In this document: positions 36,701 through 48,700 of the stretch, piece by piece | Position numbering within the stretch: the stretch's first letter is position 1 | How the letters are laid out: the number at the start of each line of letters is the position of its first letter | Source: Pristiophorus japonicus | Taxonomy: Eukaryota | Direction: 5' to 3' | Length of the DNA: 64,000 nt | NCBI RefSeq assembly: GCF_044704955.1 | Contig: NC_091991.1 | Span: 147,622,001 to 147,686,000, forward strand | Notes under the pieces: generated by a model | The model's database searches: none | Told to the model about the DNA's origin: nothing | What the model saw: the letters and a program-made list of their open reading frames with translations, nothing else | Made by a program: the position numbers and the translations under genes

Positions 36701-39700
36701 CTACCACAAATGCTTGATTTGACACCTAGTTCTCCCATGTAAAATATTTTGATAAACACTACTGTGCACGTGGAAGATATTAAACTCACTCCGTAGGCAT
36801 GTAAAGAATTCAGAAAACAATTTAGTATTAAGACTTGCATTGAAATTTAAAGACAGTTATGTATAAACCCTCAGAACTTTACAAATATGCGCTCGCAACA
36901 TTACTGGGAGCACACTGTAAACAGAAAGTGCTGCTGCATCAATATTAAATGCTATTATTTCATCAGACCAGATACATATGGTCTCATATAAAAACATGTA
37001 ATCAGCACCTTACCTGGCAAATAATTCCTGCAACGTATTCGGAATTTCAATATTTCCAGATCCAATTGCAGAGCTGAATTTCTGCCTCAGTCTTGCTACA
37101 AATTCTTTAAACTCCTCTGCACAAACCTGTGCAATTTAAAGTAGTTGTTTCAACACAAGAGTATCTGGCTTCAAAGACACAGTGTACAGACAGGTGCCAT
37201 CCACAAATAGCACAGAAGGAATTAAAAAACACCCAGACCCCTCCAGCCATGGTCAAGCATGGTCCACCAACAGATTAGCAGTCCATTAGAAGAATCTTTG
37301 AACATTCCTCAGGCAGACCTCAGCATCACCAGCTCAAGGCAGTGTAAAATCCTTGGGTTGGCCATTTTTGTCCAACATGGATCCAGACAACTTGGGCTGG
37401 AATTTTCATCTTTGCATCGGGTTGGGTGTGCATGGGCGGCGTAGTGGGTCCGAAACGCGCTGCTTGGAGCAACTTTCACTTAATGACCCCAATTGAAAGT
37501 CATGCGGGCCCCATTAGATGCTATGGGTCTGATATCATCGATGACTCATGTTATGTAATGATGTGTGTATCGTCCCAGTACCTTAAATATAATGTGGTAG
37601 GAAACCTGGAAGTACCTAGAGCAGGCACTATATAAGGCTGACCACCACACCTGAGAAGCACTCTGGAGCTGAACAATAAAGGACAAAGGTCACAGCAGTT
37701 AGACTTATACCAGACCGTGTGGAGTCAGTGATTTGTGTGCTAGATACACCACATTGGCGACTAGGAAGCGGACGAACTCCACGCAACCATGGCTACTCTG
37801 GCTCGCTAAAGGATTTTACCGTGGGCAATGACTGGGAGGCCTTCACGGAAAGGCTCGAGTACTACTTCACAGCAAATGACCTGACGGAGGACACATACGC
37901 AATGAGAGAGAAGCGTAAGGCGATATTGCTGTCCAGTTGTGGAGATGAGGTTTACTGTCTCGTCAGGGATTTGCTGGCACCCGGGCGCGCCATGGACAAG
38001 TCATACGAGGAGCTGACTGAACTCATTCGTGACCAGTTGAAACCGAAGGAGAGCAGCCTCACGGCCAGATACAAATTTTGCCATCACTGCAGACCTGAGG
38101 GCCAGGATATCACCAAATATGCTGCGGACCTCAGGAGACTCGCGGTGCCGTGTGATTTTGGCGCACACCTTGACGAGGCTTTGCGGGACGTTTTTGTTAT
38201 GGGGATTGGTTCGAGGGACTCCTTCACAAGCTGTTAGCCACGGAACCCACAGTCACTCTGACAAAGGCCATCGCCATCGCCGAGCACATATGACCTCGAC
38301 TTGCAGCACCAAGCAAATAATCCACACATTCTTGAACCCGGCAGGCACTGTCCACAGGATAGCGCCCACCACGGACAAAACTGCAGAACGTGGCTCTGCC
38401 CGGGGCAGAGAGCACGGACCTCGGGGTCCTGGAAATCAGAGTCCGCTGAGGGGGCGGCAATCAAGCAGCACCATGCTGGCACTGCGGAGGAAGCCATGAG
38501 GCTCACCGGTGCAGGTTTGCGGAGTACACGTGTAATACCTGTCACGTTAAAGGCCACCTTCAGAAATCGGACTCACCATGTGGCTGAGGAGATGGGGGAC
38601 TGTTCAGCGAGGAGCAGGTATTTGAGGTGTTTGGACTGTACACGTGTACTGTCGATTCGGCCCCAGTGATAATGGAAGTAAAAATCAACGGAGTCCCAGT
38701 GAGTATGGAAGTGGACACGGGCTCGGGTCCGTCGTTGATGAGTCGGAGAACTTTTGATAAACTGTGGATTAACCCAGCTGCACGACCCAAGCTGGTCCCG
38801 GTCACGGTGAAGCTGCGTACCTACACCAGGGAACTAATACCTGTTCTCGGCAGAGCGATGGTGCAGGTATCCCACGAGGACGAGACGCACGGTTTACCTT
38901 TGTGGGTCGTTGCAGGCGATGGGCCGACACTCCTCGGCCGGAGGTGGATGGGGAAGGTCCGTGGGAGCTGGGAAGACTTCATCACTCCACAAGCAGCTGC
39001 TCCCCGGGGTGCTGCCGTGCCCCGGGTCCCCAGAGAGCAGCGCCGACCGAGCTGGAGCTGCAGCCTCAATCCACCCACAGGCAAGTCCCAGCCCCGGACC
39101 TCACACAGAGATCATGCAGCCTCAGCCCCCACAGGCAAGCAGCCCTGCAGAGGGGGGCCTAGTTGGGGGGGGGGGGAAGGGGGGTGAGCCGGCGGGGTGC
39201 GAGCGATCCAGGATGGTCGGCGGATCGGAAGAGCCCCGCCGAGGAAGTTGCCGTTAGGCGGGCCCCGCCGAGGAGCTGTTAGCGTCGGGCGGCGGCAGCA
39301 GCTGGAGGTCGGCGGCCACATGGGAGGCGGCAAGTCAGGTGGCAGCGGAGAGGAGCGGAGGCTGCGACGGCGGAGGGCATCTGGAACGGCGGAGAAGAAG
39401 ATGGCGGCGGCATCGTGTTCAGAGCAACAGAGCATCAAAGATGGCGGCGCCCAAGGAGAAGCCTCGTGGAATCCTCCTGCATCAAAGATGGCGCCTTAAA
39501 AAGGAAATGCACCCGGGAGTCTTAAAAGGGCCTTACCAAGAGGTGGTCCCCACAAAGGACTTCTGTAAGGCAGAGCGAGTCTAAAATGAGCTATGTTAAT
39601 GTGAGATGGCGAATTTATAATAAGAATTAATTTTTTAATGCTGAATGGCCTCTGTATGTGTGTAAAATAATGGATGAAGTACAATTAATGATAAGGGCTA

Positions 39701-42700
39701 ACAAGGAAATCAAGGATCCGTTACCAGTCAATAACTAGTTAATGTACCAGATAACATGTACCATACTAACGCGCTGTCCATGCCTACCTGCCTTCCGTTG
39801 GACAAGTGTGATGTTATGTAATGATGTGTGTATCGTTGTCCTGCGTCCTGGTGGGGGGTGGGGAAGGTGATGTTATGTAATGATGTGTGTATCGTCCCAG
39901 TACCTTAAATGTAATGTAAGCACTATGCCACACCACAGAGGGTGCTGTGGTGGGAAACCTGGAAGTACCTAGAACAGGCACTATATAAAGCTGACCACCA
40001 CACCTGAGAAGCACTCTGGAGCTGAACAATAAAGGACGAAGGTCACAGCAGTTAGGCTTATACCTGACCGTGTGGAGTCAGTGATTTGTGTGCTAGATAC
40101 ACCACAACTCATATCCAGCACCCATATTTGAAGCAGCCTTGCACTCAACTCAAAGGTTTCCAGAGGAGAAAGAAAGATGTGCATTTATATAGTGCCTTTC
40201 ACGACCACTGGACGTCTCAAAGTGCTTTACAGCCATTAAAGTACTTTTGGAGTGTAGTCACTGTTGTAATGTGAAAATGTGGCAGCCATCTTACGCACAG
40301 CAAGCTCCCACAAACAGCAATGTAATAATGCCCAGATAATCTGTTTTTGTTATGTTGATTGAGGGATAAATATTGGCCAGTTCAGTGGAGATAACTCCCC
40401 TGCTCTTCTTCAAAATAATGGCATGGGATCGTTTACGTCCACCTGAGAGAGCAGACGGGGGTGGAAGGTGTGAAAGAAAGGTTGCAGGAGAGATAAAACT
40501 TTTGAAACATGGATTGCCAAAGGCAGAGGGCTGCACCATGGTTCTCAGATTATTCCTTGCACACTATGGTGGAGGCAGTCAGAGCACGTAGGGAGGTCCT
40601 CTTCCCTGCTGACAGGCAAAGGGAATGTCCACAAGCAACAGAGCGAGCCTGGCTGGATGTTGCTGAGGAGGTCAGCAGCAGGGATGTGGTGAGGAGGACC
40701 TGGTTACAGTGCAGGAAGCGCTTCAATGATCTCATGAGGACAGGAAAGGTAAGCACAATGCCACACTCACCCTCACCCTGAAGTGCCCGTCAGCACATCC
40801 CCATCACTCTGCCTTTCCAAGCCTGCACATCATTCCTCATACCAACATACCTTGCACATCCACTCACCCCTCTCTCCCTATGTATATACTCGCATTCTCA
40901 TCTGACTAACCACCCCTCACACATCACCTTCATCCAAATGCAATCATAGAAAGGACGCCATTTGGCATTGGCACCCCACTCCCTCAGTCACCCTCTACAG
41001 ATATAACCCATCCATTCCTTACAATCATGGCATACAGCAGTCACCCATATAGTGACCGATATCAGCAGACAATGAAATGTCATCATGTGCATAATGGTAA
41101 TGTTGCCCATTGTTATTATAACACTTCTAATTCATCTCTTTACTCTTTCACAGGTCCATCAACTGCACCCCTTCCCACTGTCTAGCCAGAGGAGGATGAT
41201 TCCTTAGAGAAACCTCCAGCCTCTGAGGGTGCACCGTCAACAGACCCAAGCACACTCAGCACCAGCGCAGATACACACACCTCGGTGAGTCCTGTGCACC
41301 ATAGAGTAGAGTTGTCACATGCTGTTTCACAATTCCCAAGTGAGCAAAAGCAGATGGTGTTGATAGGGACAGCAGTGGAGACTCCTTGTTGGAGGGTGCA
41401 GGACACTCCAAGCTCTGCTGAGCTGCATGCAGATGCTGAGCCTTGGAGGCCATCAAGAAAGAGGGTGATCCTGGAGAGGCAGCAACAATTGCATGGAGGG
41501 TCTGGCATCTTTGCAGCCGTGATGTCTGCAAATGTGCAGAGAATGGAGCAGTCGATCTCCAACATGAGCACCACCACGTCACAGGCAATGGTGATGATGT
41601 GCTATTCCATGAAAAGGATGGCTATTCACATCAGCACATGCTAGCTGCGGACAACAGATGTAAACGTAGACTTGGGCCTTCATTGCCCCACTGCTGTGCA
41701 GCAAGGTGCTCGCCAACTCCTTGCTAGCAGGGAAATGCGGGTGGACCATGAGAGGGAACATGAGAAGTGGAGGCTCTTCTTAAAGTGCTCCCACAGCTCC
41801 CATGTTGGCTTCCCCTCAGTCAGAGCTCCACATGCTTCCTTGGATCGCGATGGCCAAGTCTGCTCCTGCACAGTTGCAGGAGGAGCAGACTTTGGCGGGG
41901 TCATCACATGTTCCAAAATCCAGAGGATGTCCACCAAAAGTATCTGACTGGTCACAGCAGGGAAGTGAGCAGCCTGCCTCTACCTCTGCTGAAGCCCCAG
42001 GGGTTGCATCTCGTAGAAGTCATCGCAAACAAAAAATGAGAAGTAGATGCTCAAGGGTATACACATGAGTGTAACAACAAATGTTAGTGTTAAGTTTCAG
42101 TTGTTTTGATTGCACACATAAATGGTTTTCTTTGCACCACTTTTAGGTCTTGTCCATTTTTGCCTCAAATCTTGAAAGTGACTTTCTCACCTGGAGTGAA
42201 TGGTGATACATAATTTAACCTTAATCATTGGGCCTTTGGGTGAGAGCAATGGTGTGGGTCATTGTAGGGATGCTTTATGTTGTTTCCGGGGTTGTAGGGT
42301 GGGGGGAGGTTAGTACAGCATGTGACTGCATTGGAGCCAGTTAAGCAAATCTGGCCATGATGAGGCCACCCAGGCAGCAATGTGCACCACTACTGGTGGC
42401 ATCTGCATCTCAGGTTCCTCCTCCTCATCCTCCACTTGCTCGTTCTCCTCCTCCTCTGAACAGGCGGTGTGCTGTGCGACGCTCCTCCTGCAGCACCAAT
42501 CCTCGCTGCTGTGTTATGTTGTGCAGCATGCAGAATACAACAATGATTCTAGAGACCCTGGCTGGTGTTTACTGAAAACCTCTTCCAGATCTGTCAAGGC
42601 ATCCGAAGTGCATCTTCAGCATGCCTATTGCTTGTTCTATGAAAACATCTGGTGGACATGTGGCTCTCATTATAATGCTCCGCGGCCTCAGTACTTGGCC

Positions 42701-45700
42701 TCCTCAGGGAGGTCATGAGCCACATCTTTAGTGGATAGCCCTCGTCGCCAAACAAGCAGCCAGCCGGTAAGTGTATTTGGTGCGAAGAGCCGAGGGAGGA
42801 TGGAGTGACGCAGCACGAAAGAGTCATGGCAGCTGCCAAGGAATCTGGCACACACATGCATAATCATCTTTTTATGGTTGCAGACGAACTCCACTTTGGA
42901 GGGAGTGGAAGCCCTTGCAGTTCATAATCACTACTGGGTGATGATGGGGCACCTTCATGGCCACATGTGTGCAGTCAATGACACCCTGCACCTGTGGGAA
43001 GTCAGCCTGAGGATGGCTCAGTAACATGTGAAACATGACATCGGTGATGTGTGTGATGCACCTGTGGGCGGCCGACTGGGAGATCCCACAAATGACTGCT
43101 GCACATTCCTGAAAGGAGCTGGAGGCGAAGAGGTCGAGGTCGGTGGTGACATTGACAGCCACTGGTAAGGTGTGTCCACCAGGACCTCTGGGCTGCAGGC
43201 CTTGCTCCTGTGACGACCTGGCACGATAGCCTGAGCCTTCTGAAGCACTGTTGCTCAGTCATGTTGAGGAAGCTCATCCTCTGCCTGTATACCCTGCGCT
43301 GGAGGTATCGCCTCCGGCACGCTGCAGACCTGTGGTGCCCCCTCTCTCCTGTGAAGCATCAGGTCATTGCGGAGAAGAGCTGGTGTTGTTTTTGCTGGTG
43401 CTCATCTTGGTCTGTTTGAGGACCACGGTGAAACAATACAAGTGGCACCCCTGCTGATGTCGTAGATGGCAGGTCAAGTCGCGATCAGAGGGCCAATCCT
43501 TGACTAGCAATGTGGTGAGAGTGGCTTCCGAAGTTGCAGAAATGACCTGCAAACTCCAAAAACCTAAAATAAGTGCACATGGAGTCAGCAACAAATAGCC
43601 TTTCCCTTTGGCAACTAATGAGGTGTAAGGTGTGTGTATTTATCTGGTATTCCCATCTGTTAATTAATGCCCTCACACAGTGGCCTCTGTGCTTCTGCCG
43701 CCCCTTCACAGGTGAGGTTCCCGAGCTGCGTGCTTCCCATGCTCATGCTGTTAAATTCAGAAGCTGCAATTAAAAAGCCTGTTCAGGGTCTAATAACAAG
43801 CATTTAATGAGTTTAGTTAGGTCGCCCAACTCTCCTGATTGGATCCCCAGCACGCTGGCAAACCAGCCAGCGTTAAAGGCGCGAGGAAGCGGGATGATGG
43901 CGGGTTCCTGACGAGCTGCCTAGTTTCGCAATAGCTGACTCACCTCCAAACCCGCAAGCACGGCAACGGGAAAATTCCGGCCTTGTTCTTTAATCACCTG
44001 AAACCCATTTTGATCGATTTTCCAGCCGATGAAGAATCAGAATAATCTAATTTGGTCAGGTTGCATCATCACAGTGATTAGGTCAAACAATAAGTATTTT
44101 AGGTGCACCTACTGAGAGCATTTAATGACCGAGAGATTTTAATCTACCCTTAGGGTTTAGATGGCAGCTCTAAATCATTTAGGATGCTGTCTGCAACGCT
44201 TGAATAGACAATTGTCTTGTAATTATTACCACACTGAATCTAGAATACAAAGACTAGATTCTCTACATTATTCAATGGTCCGCCTTGAAAGAAAATAATG
44301 CACAGCTGTGCTCCTGGTTACCTTGCCGTCCTGATAATTGTGCTTTTTGTTCATAATTTCATCAATTAAAGCATGGTCTTCATAGACTTCAGCAAGACAA
44401 ATTCTGCGAACATTAAAAAAGTAGAATGAGCAAAACATTTAACATTTTGAAAGCTACACTAAAATAGCCAGTGGACACACTTGGAGATGCCGAAAATTAT
44501 GTTTATTGATGCAGCAGTGATTCATGTAGTCTACTCGGAGCTCCTTCACGGCAAACGAGCCAAAAGGTGAACAGAAGAAACGTTACAAGGACACCCTCAA
44601 AGCCTCCCTGATAAAGTGCGACATCTCCACTGACACCTGGGAGTCCCTGGCCAAAGACCGCCCTAAGTGGAGGAAGTGCATCCGGGAGGGCGCTGAGCAC
44701 CTCGTGTCTCATCGTGAGAATGCAGAAATCAAGCGCAGGCAGCGGAAGGAACATGCGGCAAACCAGTCCCACGCACCCTTTCCTTCAACGACTATCCGTC
44801 CTACCTGTGACAGGCACTGTGGTTCTCGTATTGGACTGTTCAACCACCTAAGGATTCATTTTCAGAGTGGAAGCCAATCTTCCTCGATTCCGAGGGACTG
44901 CCTATGATGATGGTGATTCATGTAATATTGTGTTTCAGACTGTATCATTACATAAGAGTCTACAGAACGAAACAGGCCATTTGGCCTGACTGGTCTATGC
45001 CGGCATTTGTACTCCACACAAGCCTCCTCCTACCCCTCTTACCCTATCAGCACATCTTTCTATTCATTTCTCCCTCATATGTCCATTTAGCTACCCCTTA
45101 AATGCATCATATTCAACATTTAACATAATTTTCATAATCACATCTTTTGGAATGTTATTATTTCCCAGGGACATCAACTGATCATGCATGAATTGAAAAA
45201 GAAAATCAAAGAGGTCATCTACCTTTTCTGTTAAAAGTATTTCTCTGCTTTCCCTTCCCAGTGTTCTGCCCTCCAGAAGAGGATGGGCTGGCTTCTGCCC
45301 ACAGCAGTGACTGGGGAGCAGGAAAGATGTGGAGCAGTCTATGTGACTCTCCTTTCTGTATGCAAAGAAACTACTTGCCCTCCACATAGTGCCACCCCAC
45401 AGTAGAGATTAAGAATATCCCAGGACACGGAGACGTACAGGTGAAAACTTGTATTCTGCCACATGGTGATGCATCACTCTGGGTCTCCCCTATGACAGAA
45501 CACCACAGATCCCTCGGCAAAAATATATCTCTCAAAATGTGTGTGTTCATCATGATGTAAGATATTAGTGCTGTGTAATTTTAGGCACTTCGTATCAGTA
45601 AACAACCCCAGACGACAAAGCTAGATGCAGTGTAAAAAGCTCCCTTTACTCTGTCCCAATCTCAAGATATTCCCCCCACCCATTTCCTACAGCATCCTTA

Positions 45701-48700
45701 GGCCTGTCTGGGTGGCATTGTAATTGGTGCTAAATTAGGGTCAGTTTTGTGCTGTAGGCTTGTGCTGACTTTGGAGCTGTATTAAGTCCGCCCAAACTAA
45801 TTTGCCATAGGACCCTTACAGTAAGCCGGCAGAAGAGATTTACATCCGTCAATATGGGCTGGATTTAAAGCGGATCACAGAGGTGAAAGAGAAGGTCCAA
45901 CCAACAATGTTATCCATTCCACAACAAAAATACTTATTTTGTAGGCCAGTGTTCCATAGGTATGTGTATTTCAATTGGTTGGAAAGTGTGGTTACTTTGA
46001 CTAAAATTAGCTGCTTCTTATTTACAAAATGTTCTAATTGATTACAAGCCTACATTTGGTTATGCAAGGCAAATGAGTAGGGGCTTCCTGAGTGCAACTG
46101 TTAATATGGTGGGAGAGAAGAGGGGAGAAAGAAATGTTTTTCTTGAATCATAGTTAAGTGAATCACAAGATTGGCCCATATGACTTTAATGGATGTATGT
46201 AATTTAAGAACAATTGTTTATATGACTCAGTGGCAGAATCCTGTAAAGTCTCTGGTCCAGATCACAAAAACATCTGTACAGCAGAGGGGAAGTACAAGAC
46301 TAGACAACTCTCGAGTTAGATTGGTAGTTACAAAGAATGTTCTTTTGCTGCTCTAAAACACTCAATGGGATTGGTTCTGAAAAAAGTTCACAATGTTGCA
46401 GTATCTAGAAAAGATTTAAATATTATAAAATGTAGTGCATTGCCACGTCATGCTCCAACACTTCTTGTGACTGTTACTTGCCACTATTTACTCTTCAGTA
46501 GCAGTGACCTCACCTGTAGTTAAGCATCGTCTGTGGATTCTTGAGGATGTAGCGGGATCGACGGCCGACAGCAAGAGAGGTTTTATCCAAAGCCACTTCA
46601 AAATAATCGTGCATGACATCTCTCACCGTTTGCCAAGTAACAAAGGGCCCCTTCACCTAAATGCAACAAGACATTTTGTTTTCAAATTTGTGTTTAACCC
46701 AGCTTTGCCCGTGCAAGTTTCCTGGTCTCGTCTTATCACAGACTGGTTGAAATACCATTCTCCCCCTGCCTATACCACCAGGAGATTTGGTTCAGTGATG
46801 ACATGCTGATTGCTATAAGTTCTCCCCACATCTTGCATGATAGCATGCCCAAGATCGGCAATTTAAGATCAGGAAAAGACGTGGGTATGGATATCTGTAG
46901 AGACTGGGATCTGAAGCTGGAGTTAGCCCATGGCCAGGATCACCTGCATGGTCCAACAGACTGCAGTCCTTTAAAGGAATCTTTGAACATTCCTTAATTA
47001 ACAGAATAGATTACCATACTATTATAAGGTCTTACAACATTTACAACTGTATGTATGAAAATGCCAATAGCAGCTCTTGAGTATAAAAGCAAATGGAAAT
47101 TAAAATACATACAGGGACCATGTCTTACAGGGAGCATCTGATTGAATGGGCTGGAGGGGCTGAATGGCCTATATCTGTTCCTATTGTATTCTCAGCAGCC
47201 CGAGGACAATATTTGGCATTGCAGGTGTCCCAAGCCACCTTCATACATGGTCATGACTTGACCTGAACAGGGAACTCAAAACACAATTAAGAGGGCAAAA
47301 TTATATTTTTGAAAAAAAATAAAGCGCTAGAATATCTAAAACAATTCCAAATTTTTAAAATGCTATCAAAGTAACTTTGAGGCAGTTTCTATGGGCTCAA
47401 AATTGCCCAGGAGTTGCTCTGGTTTTTTTTGGAGCAACTTGATTTTTCTGTAGTATCTTAAAAATCCCCATTTTGCACATTCAATTTGCGCCAGTGTAAG
47501 TGACTTAATTAGGATTTTTTAAAGTTTAGTTTAATTTTTTTTCAAAAGGGGGCGTTACCGCCACCTATGCCCATTTTGGCCATTTAGGCCACTTTGGACA
47601 GCTAACAGTTATTCCAAACGAACTTAGGCCAGCGTATGTGGCCACTTGTGACTGCACAGAAAACCCTTGGAGCGTTAAGAAATCAGCGCAGATAGGTACA
47701 TCGGAGGCCAGCAGAACTTAATGATTTGACTAAAGAATGTGAATAGGATCAAACAGCTATACAGGACATCATATGACAAACTTCGCAAAGTTAACTTACT
47801 ATACAGCAGAAGCATTCATGGAAGCTTAAACTACAAAAATAAAAGTAGTAAAGAGACAAAACATAATTTACATAATTTTTTCCAAATAAAAAAATAGAAG
47901 TACCTCCTGCTCGTAATTCTTATGTTCTCCCAGCCACCGAAGCTCACCCACCATCATAGAAATATTTTATACCATATAGCCAGGAAATTTACTATTTGTT
48001 TTATGCTTTTAAATATTTTGAAAATTCAAGTAAAATTATTCCACCAAATCTAATGTTCAAGAATTGATTATGATGTATTTGAAAGTATTTTCTATCAACT
48101 TGGTTAGGAAAGTATTTTCATTAACAGGGTTAAGGAAAGTCTTGAGTCAGCTCATTAAAATTACTGGCTGCACAGTTATCACCTCCCCCCACCCACCCTG
48201 CCCCGGCTTACGTCCTGTGGCCTACTGGCCTGGGAAGGCAGCGGGCCGGCCTGTGCGGCAGGCCACTCAGCCGGGACAGCGGCGGGACGCATTGGGCAGC
48301 ATGCACACAGAGGCTGGGGGCAGGAGCTACTGCGCATGCGTACACACTTCAACGCACATGTGCAGAGCTGCCAGCACTGTTTCTGGTGCAGGGCCCTAGC
48401 TCCGCCCCCCCCCAATCGACTGGCCACACCGCGCCAAGCCCTGGGAGAGGCAACACAGCGGCCAGAATCGGGAGAGATTTTTTAGGTGCCCCTTTCAGCC
48501 CACAAAGTCGGCACATCTCTGGTGAGTGCGCCGAAAAAAGGGGTGGGCCAAATTTGAGCTCTATACTTTCCAGTTGTTGCTTTTTCTGTTCACAAGAAAT
48601 ATTTTGAAAGGACTGAACATATTGCTTAGAATTATCATCAAACACGGTTTGTATAAAAAGGTTAAAGGTAACTTGAATGTGAAGAGGTGGATTGAAGCAG

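Larger units (their letters stand above)
37395..43982. mobile_element. Decayed autonomous-type PIF/Harbinger transposon (Myb/SANT gene plus transposase) with nested LTR element and SINE
   Basis: TIRs GGCTGGAATTTTC / GAAAATTCCGGCC (12/13); TTG on both flanks; two convergent ORF remnants. Confidence 0.85.

Noticed and set aside
37245-37310. Short similarity to 46927-46995 (GAATCTTTGAACATTCCT)
   Set aside because: Most likely remnants of an old dispersed repeat; too short to interpret.
40509-43460. Domesticated HARBI1/NAIF1/MSANTD gene pair
   Set aside because: Multiple frameshifts and stops, and it is enclosed by TIRs, so it is a transposon relic.
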